DNA of 63,568 nt, counting the filler, from Lenisia limosa (lineage: Eukaryota; Protista; Breviatea): the NCBI GenBank assembly GCA_001655205.1. It is 9 parts of 9 records of this genome, joined end to end, with 100 filler letters (N's around TTAATTAATTAA, not from the genome) between each part and the next. Parts side by side here need not be neighbours in the genome. Positions count along the whole stretch, not along the records: positions 16,921 to 29,662 come from LPNZ01008655.1; positions 29,763 to 31,661 come from LPNZ01006030.1; positions 31,762 to 49,294 come from LPNZ01007329.1; 6 more parts are not named here. One strand, given 5' to 3'. Positions 25,760-37,734 of this stretch are shown here, one piece after another. The notes under the pieces are model-generated. The model searched no databases. It saw only the letters and a list, made by a program, of their open reading frames with translations, and had not been told where the DNA came from. The stretch's first letter is position 1, and every line of letters starts with the position of its first letter. The translations under genes and the position numbers were made by a program.

Positions 25760-27560
25760 TTTCGGGGAACTGTTGAGGGGGTCGCTGGGGATGGTGTTGG
25801 GGTACCTAAAGAAATAAAATAAATCGTACTCAGGTAATGGAATAAAGGTAGTGCCCAAAAAATGGCAAATGCCATGCACTCGCCTGTCTCTATTTACATT
25901 TAGTATATCATACTATGTAAATATTATCATACTCATATTAATATTTATAAATTTAGCTGTAGCCTTTCACAGCCTTCCTCCGAAAGTATTTATACATACT
26001 GATAAAGACCCCCAGCTGTCCCAAATCACATCATACCTGCTGATTGTGATTCATAACAGGCTGCTGATTTGGCATTGCATGTGTAAGTTGCTGAAGTGTT
26101 ATTGCATGTGCAGGTATCGATATTTGTAGAGCTTCCCTTTCGGTTCTAAAAATCACTGAATTTCCAGCAAATCCACGATGAACATCTACAGTTTAGACAA
26201 GTGAAGCTTTATATTTTGCCTTCTCAACGGTAAAAAGGTGAGGAGGGGGGTAGCATGTCATTGTAAATCTGGTGTTGACGGTAAAAGAGGATACTCTATT
26301 AGCTCATAGAATAATCTTAGACCTACAATAAGGAGAACCTTCCACCTCCCAAAGAAGAATACTAGATTCCCCACCTGAGAATGAGTGAAGGGACTTCCTG
26401 TCGGAGGTTGCGAGTTCTGCATCATAACAAACGAAAATAATTCGACCGATTTCAAAGATAGTGCGCTTCTATTTTGATTTTTAGAAACAGACAACCTCTC
26501 TTTGATTTAAGGATCACGAGATATTATTGAATAGTTCCAGAAAAAAAAAATGCAAAAAAAAAAGAGGAACTGGTGTACCTTCAACAATTAATGTGAAAAT
26601 TGGTTAATATTTGGCTGCTTTAATCGAAGCCATACCATAGCATGGCAGTACTCATATTTATTAATAACGATGTGCGAAAGTAGAACAACATCCCGCTTCA
26701 TTATCATCAAAAAAAATGGCACTTTCTTCATACTTGGAACTGCATGTAGTTACTGTTATTTTGGTTGTGTGTGTGTGGTGGGTTTAGATTGGACACAGGA
26801 GGCAACTGCCCAGGGGGACTCGGATGGGAGTACCCTGGGAGAAAAGCAGGTGGCGATGTATAGGTGGGGGACTGGCCTGGCAAGGGTGGTCCTGTCGGTG
26901 TGAGTTTTCTGAAAACAAAAAAAAATGACAAAGTGGGGGACCATGAAGCAGCTCTTTATCCTATTCATATCTAAAAATGATCTTATTTATCCCAACCGTA
27001 AGGAGTGAACTCAGCATGTGACACCACAAGCATCGAGAAATTCAAAGAAATTCAAATCATCAACACAAGAAAGAAACCAATCAATGCTTTTCAACAGGAA
27101 AACAAGACAGAGCAAAAAAGAAGTTGAGCAATCTAGCCTCTCTAACTTCAAATCCTCGAAGTAGTACCAAAACCGGGGATGGGGGGTTACAAAAGGTGGG
27201 AAAAGGGCGCGCGCAACTGTCAGTTGCAAGTTGATCTATGAGAAAAGAAACACTACTCCCAAAAGCCACAAATAACAAGTTTAGAGTGTTATTTACTTCA
27301 ACAAGATTTAACCCTCCGTAATGAGAGCAGAAACCCCGATCGCATACCCTTGTTGGGCCCCAGCTGTCCTGGTCCTGAGTGCCTGAACGACATAACTGCC
27401 GGCGATCTAAGGGGTGAAAATGAGGACTTCAGAGTCTTAACTTACCAGAATACGATGGGCTGGGGGAGGAAGAGCCTACATACTGCTGTTTCACCCCAAT
27501 AGAGAAAACAAATGAAACGCTGTTTCTCGCTTCTGTGTCCTTATGGTCCCTCAAATACGT
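25760..27560 (-). CDS. Multi-exon low-complexity hypothetical protein
   Basis: Exon-like frames LTPTGPPLPGQSPTYTSPPAF..., LSVSKNQNRSALSLKSVELF..., GTPTPSPATPSTVPRKSEPL; exon chain not fully resolved. Confidence 0.35.
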
Positions 27561-28135
27561 CAATATTGCTTCAATAGGTGGTATTATGATAAAGCAACGG
27601 TTTTTTCATGAAAAACGAAAAACGAATAAACGATTGTTATATTACATTTGTTACATTAGTTACGAAACTGTGTTAAATGCACCTTATGCTCATTTCAAAC
27701 ATAAAAACGGGCGCCACTTCTGTGAGTGGAGGCTGTCGGGTAATAACCAAAAATAACCCCACCACCAGTCTACCAGTCAATGATGTTGAATCGCTTCCCC
27801 TGTACCCCCCATCCTCTGCTGAGTTTTGATACTCATTCAGTTGCTTTTAGTTTTTAACGGTCCAGCAGTGTATAAATGATAAAGCAGATGCTATTTAAAA
27901 CATATATATATATATATATATATATATCATTAATATGATATACTATGAGAACGATGAGATGGGGGGTTGGGAGGGTAAAAAAGGGAACCATTCATTTTGC
28001 TCTCGGATTCTTTTTTATCGCTACAGGTGCCGTTACTGTGGCTCTTGGATTCAAGCAATTGATGAGACTTGGAACTTCGACAAGCTCTTCAAATAAAAGG
28101 TAATAATGCTTTAGCTAATGCAAACAGGTTAATAC

Positions 28136-28209
28136 ATACTATATATTCACCCTCAGTGCAATTGGATTAAGATTGATACTATATATTCACCCTCAGTGCA
28201 ATTGGATTT
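28136..28209. repeat. 40-bp-period tandem duplication
   Basis: atactatatattcaccctcagtgcaattggatt x2. Confidence 0.9.
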
Positions 28210-28858
28210 AGATTTATACCATATCACACCTTCCAAATAATTATGGTCTTTCAATGTTTACCTATTCAATATGGGAATTTTTTTTCTACTTCAGTAACAC
28301 AATTAGAATCACTAATTCTTGGGACAGATATGCTTTCTCATATAACTGGGAGCCCTGGACTCTGTCCCAGTATTTCATACTCAGTGTTAAATTGTTGGGA
28401 GTATGCTTTATAAATCATATTCAGACGGAACTTATTGCAAATAGAAACTAGCCCAAGAGTTATAACAAACTAGCAATTTTGTTATCATATTATTAAATGT
28501 GTACAGAATACTTGATTTTGTGATATTTGAAAAGGACTTGTGATTAAAAAAACAATGGATCATATTCAGAGTATGAAAATTTGCTTTTGAAGGCTTTTGT
28601 GCCCAATAAGCAACTGTTGAGGTCGTGTTAGTACACATTAACACTCACTTTTTTAAAAAAAACATCATCCTCTGGGCTCGATCCAAGCTTCTTTGAGTCA
28701 TAGACGGAAGTATAACCCCTCGACTATCTTCAGTTCATTTCAGTTCAAAAATATACGATATTATTTCAATGCTTCACTCTTAAAGAGGGGATCAAGATAT
28801 ACAGTTTGGTAAATTTTCCAACAATTTTAGTCAAAATTGGGACGTTTTTGGGTATTTT

Positions 28859-28923
28859 TGTTCGCACTCAGGTGGGTGTTCGCACTCAGGTGGGTGTTCG
28901 CACTAAGGTTTGTGTTCGCACTC
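28859..28923. repeat. 18-bp tandem repeat
   Basis: gttcgcactcaggtgggt x3-4. Confidence 0.9.
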
Positions 28924-29662
28924 TTACTATCCCTTCAAATACAGGTAGGTTTGAGCTTTTGTTCCAAGTAATAATTCGTGGTGGGATATGTTCCTGACCA
29001 ATGGCTAGTGTCAGTGATAAAACCTGAGGTTTTCTTGGACCTCCTTGAAAACGCCTGTGAAATAATCCCATCGTATATGTACCCCCTATCCAGAAAAATG
29101 TTATAATTGACTTGGTTAGAGTCCCTGCAATTCCTGATAGAAGTCCACAACGTTGCTGCCTCTGTGACACAGAAAAGAAGCTGAAAAGTGCAAAAGCTGT
29201 CAAGTTGGGGTTATTGAAAAACTGAGACTCACCATGTTTTCACATACAGATTGTGTGTTAATTTTCATACTATTATTTGCTCTTTTGATCAAATGTCACA
29301 ATCCAACTTATTTCCTACTGCTCTTCTGAGTGTCAACTTTCACACTGGCTAATTTACAAGTTAACGTGTAAGAAGACCGCAAAGTGCCTCTTGGTATACT
29401 ATGGTTTTTTCGTAATACAATTTATAGAAGCGGAATGTAATGCAGATTGTAATTGTGCGTGGTAAATTTACGGTTTAAGTGTCATTAAAATGCAAGAAAA
29501 CTGTATGATATATTACATTCCACCATGGAAACCACCAACGCCAAATCACTTCACACTGGCGTTGTTGGTTTAAGCTCAACCGCCCTGGGCTGTTTTGACT
29601 GGTCAGGTTGGCTGGCATCAGCAATGGGCACTCCAATTGGCTTGGCAGCACTGGGGGGCGGG

Positions 29663-29762
29663 NNNNNNNNNNNNNNNNNNNNNNNNNNNNNNNNNNNNNN
29701 NNNNNNTTAATTAATTAANNNNNNNNNNNNNNNNNNNNNNNNNNNNNNNNNNNNNNNNNNNN
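29663..29762. other. Artificial scaffold-joining spacer
   Basis: 44 N + TTAATTAATTAA + 44 N. Confidence 0.97.
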
Positions 29763-30204
29763 TTTCCAAATTAATGACACCATTTTGGAATTAATGACAC
29801 CATTTAGGACCGTGAGCATATATATATGTATATAGGGGTGGGGTGAATGTGAGTGTATATGAGGCCTATTTCACTTCTCAGCTCTACATTTACAACATCT
29901 TTTGAATAACACTGATATCCTCCCAACATCTCCATATACTTCCCTCCACATCTCAATGGTTGGTAACTGTTTGTTATCTCAGGGTTTTGTTTCTCTCTTT
30001 TGTCAATCCAAGAACATTATCCCCCACAGATGGAACACGCGTTGCAGCAGATTCCTTTCGACCCATCTCCCATAGACTTCGATATCCACGTTCACGACTC
30101 CGCCAGTGGTGGGATTGAGTTTCTAGGTGCAGTGTTCGGTTCTAAATACCCATCAGCAAGTATTCTTTTAATAAAATATTTATTGTAAGGGAGTGGTGAT
30201 GTCA

Positions 30205-30258
30205 TGACGTCATTGATTCTGGGGGCTTGGTGACGTCATTGATTCTGGGGGCTTGGTG
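30205..30258. repeat. Short tandem duplication (~26 bp)
   Basis: tgacgtcattgattctgggggcttgg x2. Confidence 0.85.
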
Positions 30259-30403
30259 TCGGCTCTGAGCCCCTGAGAAAACATGAAGTTATGCCACCAC
30301 TCCCCTAGTGTATCTATTTTTTGTCTACAAACCTTTACCAGTGTTTCTTATAATCGTCCATTTTGCCAACTGAGTATTTTGGGCCTTTTTTTGTTTTTTC
30401 ACG

Positions 30404-30537
30404 GCACCTGGGATTTGTTTGTTTTGTTGNNNNNNNNNNNNNNNNNNNNNNNNNNNNNNNNNNNNNNNNNNNNNNNNNNNNNNNNNNNNNNNNNNNNNNT
30501 TGTTTAATATAATTTCCAATTTACCCCCCTCCCCCAG
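30404..30537 (+). repeat. Family D repeat spanning an N gap and ending at an AG acceptor
   Basis: cctgggatttgtttgttttgttg...NNN...ataatttccaatttacccccctcccccAG. Confidence 0.65.
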
Positions 30538-31650
30538 ACAAGTCTCGTGCGTCCTCAGCCGAGTCCTTCACCACATGCAGCACGTACATCCCCCCTCTCC
30601 GCCCTGAGTCCACAATGTGTAAGCACCGGGTCCCTGAGTCCACAGTGACCAGGATAAGTCTTGACCGATTTTCTTATACAGTGATCTGGGTAAGTCTTGA
30701 TCGATTTCCTATGTAATATACGGTGGCCAGGATAAGTTTTGAGCAATTTTCTATCTGATTTCCCATGTACTTGTGTAGATTAATCTAGACATGTACTATA
30801 CCATGTATTAATGTTGTATAATGTAGTATATCATATATCAGACATCTCCCCTCGGCGCCCAGAATCATGCACGGGTTAGTGAGAGCAAATTGATTGCGCA
30901 TTAAATAGAGCCTACCATATCTAGAGTGAATATTTGGTTTGTCAGTGTTAATTATATATTGACGAGATCAAGATTTTAGTTTAGATTTATATTCTCTTGT
31001 GAATTTATTTGGATTTATTGATCCAACGTTAACCCCTATGTAGCCGGCCTGTCGTACCCATCCTTGCAACCCTCCCCTGTCCGGCTGAACAACAAATCCA
31101 CCATAGTCATGAGGAATGGTGGGGGGAGGGGGGTATAATGATGATTAATGTTTGTTGTTTCTGTGTCTGTCTCTGTCTGTGTTTGTGTCTGTGTTTGTCA
31201 CTGTCTGAGGGGATATTGATGCAGTGTTGTGGCATGTCTCAATTTTCACTTCGTCATACACTATGAAACCACCTTGTTTTATTTCTACACATAATATGAG
31301 TTCTCACATTCAAGGAGAAGAGTTCCTGAGTGCGTCTGATCTGTCAGATACAGCAAGCTCAATTTCGGGTGAGGGGGGTGGGGTGAAAGATTAGGCCTCA
31401 ATATCCACTTGGATTTTGGCTGAAAAGAAATTGATTTCGGGTAAAGGACGTCAGAAAAATGAAATGTAAAAGAAAGAATAACCAATATATTGTCTTAATA
31501 TCCAACATACATTATACTCCCCCAGAGCACTTCTACGACAGCTTGCCCGTGCCGCCGGAGCTTCTCAATCTTCCTGGCCCGGATACGCCGATCCCGGCCA
31601 CACCCCATACCCGCCCGGTACCCCGTGCCGTACCCGTGCAGCAAGATGTG
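30538..31650 (+). CDS. Exon fragments of a Pro-rich hypothetical protein
   Basis: Exon-like segments 30538-30585, 31043-31109 and 31518-31648 (EHFYDSLPVPPELLNLPGPDTPIPATP) bounded by AG/GT. Confidence 0.3.
30643..30765. mobile_element. Cluster of three family B left-TIR fragments
   Basis: cagtgaccaggataagtcttgaccgatt / cagtgatctgggtaagtcttgatcgatt / cggtggccaggataagttttgagcaatt in tandem. Confidence 0.75.
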
Positions 31651-31661
31651 GGGGTGACAAT

Positions 31662-31761
31662 NNNNNNNNNNNNNNNNNNNNNNNNNNNNNNNNNNNNNNN
31701 NNNNNTTAATTAATTAANNNNNNNNNNNNNNNNNNNNNNNNNNNNNNNNNNNNNNNNNNNN
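31662..31761. other. Artificial scaffold-joining spacer
   Basis: 44 N + TTAATTAATTAA + 44 N. Confidence 0.97.
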
Positions 31762-31774
31762 CCCCCCCCCCCCC

Positions 31775-31918
31775 GTTGGAGTATTGGGATGCGGAGCTGC
31801 AGAAGCAACTGGCCTGCGCTTTGTTTGTTTTATTGCTATCAACTCTCGTGTGTGGTCATCCAACAGAGTTGATTTGGGCTCATTTTGTTTCATAATTTTA
31901 CTTCCCGCCACCCTGCAG
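31775..31918 (+). repeat. Family D repeat, full length, ending at an AG acceptor
   Basis: gttggagtattgggatgcggagctgcagaagcaactggcctg...ccaacagagttgatttgggctc...cataattttacttcccgccaccctgcAG, followed by exon-like VDDIGDEWLGKDY. Confidence 0.8.
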
Positions 31919-32062
31919 TGGACGACATTGGGGACGAGTGGCTCGGAAAAGACTACGNNNNNNNNNNNNNNNNNNNNNNNNNNNNNNNNNNNNNNNNNNN
32001 NNNNNNNNNNNNNNNNNNNNNNNNNNNNNNNNNNNNNNNNNNNNNNNNTGTGGGGGGGGGGG

Positions 32063-32161
32063 GAGGCTTCACTTCGGTTCGGGAAAATGCCAGTATTATC
32101 GGTAGTTTTGAGGATTTATCGTGAAATTCAGACTTTTTTTTCGAACCGAAGTGAAGCCCTG
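32063..32161. mobile_element. Family A MITE
   Basis: aggcttcacttcggttcgg...tcgaaccgaagtgaagccct. Confidence 0.85.
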
Positions 32162-32303
32162 CTGTGTGTTAGGGCTCCGTGCAATTTAGTTGAAAAATTA
32201 ATATTGTCATGGGAACTCTATTTCAGACACTTTAATTTCAAACTGTGGCAATTATTGTCTTCAAAAAATAAATTGCGCGGAGTCATAGTGTTTATTTGGA
32301 AAG

Positions 32304-32737
32304 TCAAAGCTCTGGACATCATTCAAAATTCACCGGACACATCAAAACTCCCGGACAGCTTGGGTTTTCCATATATAATCATCATAAACCCTATTTCCCT
32401 TTTTGTTTTCGAAAATAATTTCAATCTTAGTCAAAGGATGAAACACCAATTTCATTTATTGCCGGGTCAAAACCAAATTAAGTACCTAAGCTCTCTTTTT
32501 ATGGCCCAAATACTGTCAAAAACACACAAAACCGTTGTAAAAGGGCACATTCAAGGAATAAATGGACACTGTAAACAGTGCTATTTTGAGCATTTTTCTC
32601 TCAAAATTCACCATTATGGAGATCTGTCGAAGAAGTTTTTCAAAAAACACTAACTTTACCTAAATAAAGTGTCAACTTCAAGCTTTCCGGGAGTTTTGAA
32701 GTGCCCGGTGAATTTTAAATGATGTCCGGAGCTTTGA
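32304..32737. mobile_element. Family F: 434-bp element with ~60-bp terminal inverted repeats
   Basis: tcaaagctctggacatcattcaaaattcaccggacacatcaaaactcccggacagcttg is the near reverse complement of 32679-32737; no TSD identified. Confidence 0.7.
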
Positions 32738-33958
32738 GGACCCACATACTACATAGCATAGTATATCGTATTATACTAGATATGGTGGGAATTCAGTACA
32801 TTTCCTTAGTTTCACCCCACAGCTGCCATCAAATGACAGAAACCGCCTTCCAAACTTCTATTGTTCCTCACCTTGGCCCCTCCATGGTGGGACAATGATT
32901 TTGTCTATTATATTATTGCACTGCTTATTTTTGTTTCTAATTATTTTTTATTATTGTTGTTATTGTTATTCAATATCAAATATACGCGTGATGGTGTAGA
33001 TGGCGGGCCAGATACTGCTTTATTCATCACAACATAATATTATTTCACTTAAGCTTCGGACAAATAATACCTTATCTTTACATACTCATACTATTGTTCA
33101 TTGTAACTATATTGTTCATTGTAACTATATACTGTATTTATTATCACTACATACATATTATAGAAATCTTTTCATTGTTCGTGTAGACCGAATGCCAAAG
33201 GAAGCAGCGAGACCTGATATCGGAAACCCAGTCCCTCCCCCCTCCAAAACCCTCGGTATGATGACTAGGGAATCTCAGGAAGGTTATACCTCGTGACCTA
33301 GCATGCTGAAGACCCGAGTTACAACTTAATTATTTGCATGGAGACCCAAGTTACAAACTCAATTACTTGCACGGTGACCTGATAAAACCCGTCCACCCAG
33401 CCTCACAAAATATTAGATAACATATTATCTCTTATCAAATATAAACCCTCACCCCCCCCCCCANNNNNNNNNNNNNNNNNNNNNNNNNNNNNNNNNNNNN
33501 NNNCGTTTCCGACGATCGGCGGTCTAGGGGTGAAAATAGCCTTTTTTGCGGTTCATTTAGTTTGTTCTTGTTTTTTTGTTTTTCTTCTCTGGTTTCAGTT
33601 TTAAGTGGTTGTTGTACAAAATCAATGTATTTCTAAGATAATCATTTGGGTTTGGAGTTTGCTGCTTGCTACTTGATTAGTGCCAATTTGTTAGTTATCC
33701 AAAATTGGATAGCGATGAAGTAGCTAGAGAAAAGAGAAACTTGAGATTTTGTTCATGTAATTTCGTCAAATTCTTCCATAATTATGTATTCCTCTACATT
33801 GAAATTGGACTAACATAAGTGCTTTCATTGAGACCCCAAAAAACAACAAAATAAAAGTACATTATCACTACCATACGTACGACAAGACTAACCTATACCA
33901 TAGTCATTTCACTCACTAGACCCGTGACATTTGTGGAGTTTGTTTCTGGGTGTGAAAA

Positions 33959-35622
33959 CTAAAATGAAGGCCAACTTATGTAACAAAAGTCCAGGTAATC
34001 TTGACAACAGTCGTTCATTTCCAAACAGTCACTCAAACACGAACAGCCACAATTAGCACACTCAATTCCACACCTGAAGTGTTTTTTTTTTTAATAAAGT
34101 TAACCCACTTATCGGCACAAGATGCCACACATCTGTTGTTACGACATGTCTGATAAAGGGGGCATTCTGTGTCTTCAAAGCAGCCTGCACTGTTACCCCC
34201 ATTTATAATCTGACCAACATACCACAAATACCACTTATGCATTTCTTCGAAAAGCATGTGACGTTACAGTTGCCACAATTATCAGGATCGGTCAGGGTCG
34301 AGACACACCTTCCGTTACACATAGTTTCAGGGGCTGTACAGTTCTTGAGGGCAGTAAAAGGATATTCTAATGAAATATTACCATCACTCTTACTTGATAA
34401 CTGACGCATACACCATTAACACATTCTCCAATGCATCTGTTCTCACATCCGCCACAATTATCACTGGCGCTATTCTAGACCGTCAATATCACTGACATGT
34501 AGGGCTTAAATGGTTCGGGGGAAACACAGGTAAAACATCGATAATTTTCGAAGGTATTTAGGAAAATTCAGTCTTTTGAAGAACCGAGTGAAGCACGGTT
34601 ACACGACTTACCAAATCTTCGCATCCAGTTTCGCAAACTGACAGTCCTAAGGGACAATCTAAGAAATGATGAGTCTGGAAATCGGACAGTATTTTGTCAT
34701 GATTGTTTTGCAAAAAGAAAGTGAAACCAATTCTCAATTTGTTACATCCTTCCAAATGTCTAATTGTTCAGGAAATGTTATAAATATTTTAAATAATGTA
34801 CAGTACATATTCAGATCAGCCATCTTACGACAAAAGTCTCCACAATACGCACCTGAATTCAGTCAAATACACCATATAGAAAATAATATTTATCATAATG
34901 TCACTTGAAATACACTTCGGTTCGAAAATGTCTGGTAACAAATCTATAGTTTTCGAGGAATTTTCGAATTCACTCTGTTTTTGAACCGAAGTGAATCTCT
35001 TAATGTCACCAACCCTTTGGACACTTGTTGTCACACTGACTGCAGTTTTCAGTATCCTTGAATATGTTCTTGCAAACTCCATTACAATTCATTTCGGTGT
35101 AAGGACAAGACGTGACACATTTGTCTATTTGATTAAAGGATGGTATATATCATATATATATAGCAATGAGAAATAAGGATGCACCTGGCCGAAGCCGTCC
35201 ACACCATCACGCTGNNNNNNNNNNNNNNNNNNNNNNNNNNNNNNNNNNNNNNNNNNNNNNNNNNNNNNNNNNNNNNNNNNNNNNNNNNNNNNNNNNNNNN
35301 NNNNNNNNNNNNNNNNNNNNNNNNNNNNNNNNNNNNNNNNNNNNNNNNNNNNNNNNNNNNNNNNNNNNNNNNNNNNNNGGTGAGCCAAACGTTCAACTGT
35401 TACTCCGAATCCACTCTCATACCGCATTTGCCATTTTGACATATCAACCCTTGTTTGCAGACATTAAAGCACTCCCCACAGGAATAAACCGACTTGTTTA
35501 AATCGAAGCAGTTTGCACCACAGTTATACAAACCGAAGATGCACGGTCTCGCTGAAATTATAAGAATCTGAATCACGGAGACAAAAAATGACACAGCTTA
35601 GTCAACTTACTGCAAACACCAT
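33959..35622 (-). CDS. Cys-rich secreted protein: Stig1-like Cys repeats plus C-terminal somatomedin-B domain
   Basis: MVFA|ILIISARPCIFGLYNCGANCFDLNKSVYSCGECFNVC; CNGRCVSTLTDPDNCGNCNVTC; C-terminus SCADK|CGIECANCGCSCLSDCLEMNDCCQDYLDFC (SMB CxCxxxCxxxxDCCxDY pattern), stop at 33959. Confidence 0.75.
34500..34598. mobile_element. Family A MITE, diverged
   Basis: tagggctt...ggttcgg...gaaccgagtgaagc. Confidence 0.75.
34905..35001. mobile_element. Family A MITE
   Basis: Perfect 8-bp TSD aatgtcac/aatgtcac. Confidence 0.85.
35163..35214 (+). repeat. Family C repeat (runs into N gap)
   Basis: gcaatgagaaataaggatgcacctggccgaagccgtccacaccatcacgctg. Confidence 0.8.
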
Positions 35623-36861
35623 AAGAACAAATGACGTTCCTTGTAAAACATGTAAGGCCACAACCACCACACTATAACAGTAAAACTCTGCTAAATATAT
35701 TCATATAATCAATGAACTGTATTCGTAGTACCCCCGCAGATTACGTGATTTCTATCGCTCAGAATGTCAGTACATTCGCCGTTGCATAGAATGGAATTTT
35801 CGGGGCAATCTGAACAATGAATTTCTACTATTGGATTCACTCTTAAAGCACAATAAGCAAACCAATACAAATTCAATCAATACATTTGGGGTGGCTCCCT
35901 TCACACTTGTTTCCACAACCTCCTGTTGTCAGTACTTGCCTTTTCCCCAAAACACATACCACAGTTAAGCTTGTCCAATAAGATGTTAACACAATCGTTT
36001 TTACAAAGTAATTCTGTTGATTGGCATTCTAGATTATCAATTAATCTTGAATATAAGATTGGGCCAAAGCAAAGAGGTGATTACCATGACAATATATCTG
36101 TGGAAAATGGATGTAATCTGAAATGGACTACTTCCAGTAACCAACCTCACCTGGAGGGTTAACTTCAATTTGAAAAATCTTATTTGGAACAGTTTGGCTG
36201 TAATAGGAATATTTGCCAACTGAAGGGAACAGGCGACTTGTCTACAATACAATCACGATTTATCAGGCTATTTACCAGGCTGAGGCCGACGGTGTGGTGA
36301 TAATGAAGTTTAAAAAAATTACTGTTTTTGAGATATAATAAAAGAACTCATATTTTCTGGCTTGATGAATAAATTATAGGTTTTCCACCTACTACTCCTC
36401 CGTGAGGACTCAACACATAGTCAAACCTACAATAGTCACAGAAAGTTCGGTGTTCACTCTTTTGAATTGCGAAATTGACAATTAGAACAGTAATAATTTG
36501 GCTTACAAGGGTTTCACTCTCCCGCTTGCTTCACTAGGGATTTCAGAAACTGAATGCACCTTTGTCATTAAACACACCAATATAACTTTATGTCATTAAA
36601 AGTGTATGTGGGGGGGGGGGGGGNNNNNNNNNNNNNNNNNNNNNNNNNNNNNNNNNNNNNNNNNNNNNNNNNNNNNNNNNNNNNNNNNNNNNNNNNNNNN
36701 NNNNNNNNNNNNNNNNNNNNNNNATCATATCCTGCCAATTTAACTTTATGCTTACAAAAGTGTCTTGGTTTACCCACTTGATCGCATCTCCAACCTTGAC
36801 GGTGAGTAAAAAATATTATATCTCCATTCACCAAGCACACGATCCAAAATCATAGTTTAGT

Positions 36862-37030
36862 TAATCACAGGGATATACTCACAGAATTGAGAAAACCACA
36901 AGGATATACTCACAGGAATTGAGATAATCACAGGGATATACTCACAAAAATTGAGTTAAAATTTTATCAAACTCACAGTCATTGAGTTTATTACAGGGAT
37001 ATACTCACAGTAATTAAGATAATCACAGGG
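36862..37030. repeat. ~32-bp minisatellite, about 5 degenerate units
   Basis: taatcacagggatatactcacagaattgaga-type units. Confidence 0.8.
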
Positions 37031-37734
37031 ACGGCCGTGGCGTCGTGGAATGTCACGGTATGTTCTGTATTAATTGCTGCTGAATAGTGTCCTAAAGTTG
37101 AAACTGTTGAGTCTAATACATGACAGAAGTTGTCATGATAGATTGAATGAATTTGAATATGAAATTGTTCATACATTTACGTAATATTCAATAAATACAA
37201 TGTACTATATGATATCATATATCACTGTGTAAGGAATAATGGAACATACCACAACGAAAGGACACCCAAATCAGTGTGAAATATGGAAATAATAACAAAA
37301 ATCTAGTAAATCTACCATCCATTTTCAAAGCTATAAATGCCTATATTTGTTACAATTACTTCTGTTGTGATGCCACGCTAACTAATTAAAATGATAATAA
37401 TTGTAGCATGCAGCATAAACATCCATTTAGATCCGTCTTGCGGCTCTGTTTTCAACATATCCAAAAAAGGCAAGTCATTTTGGATGGATTACGTACCATG
37501 ATTCCGGGGTTGTTATGGTGTCTATGCTACCCAAGGAATTTTCGGGAAGATTCTGGAGTCTAGTACCATGCTCAAAACATACAAGTACGAGTGTCATCAC
37601 AAAAAAAAACATAAAAGAACTGAAGAAGGCATCAATGAGTTGAAAAACACTGAATATATTTCAAAAAATAGACCTATAGCAATAAACTGTTCAAAAACAA
37701 AAAAAGTAATACCAAAACTAAAACCATAAAACGT

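Noticed and set aside
36862-37030. Regularly spaced ~32-bp repeats as a CRISPR array
   Set aside because: The units are contiguous and degenerate with no unique spacers; eukaryotic context; no cas genes.
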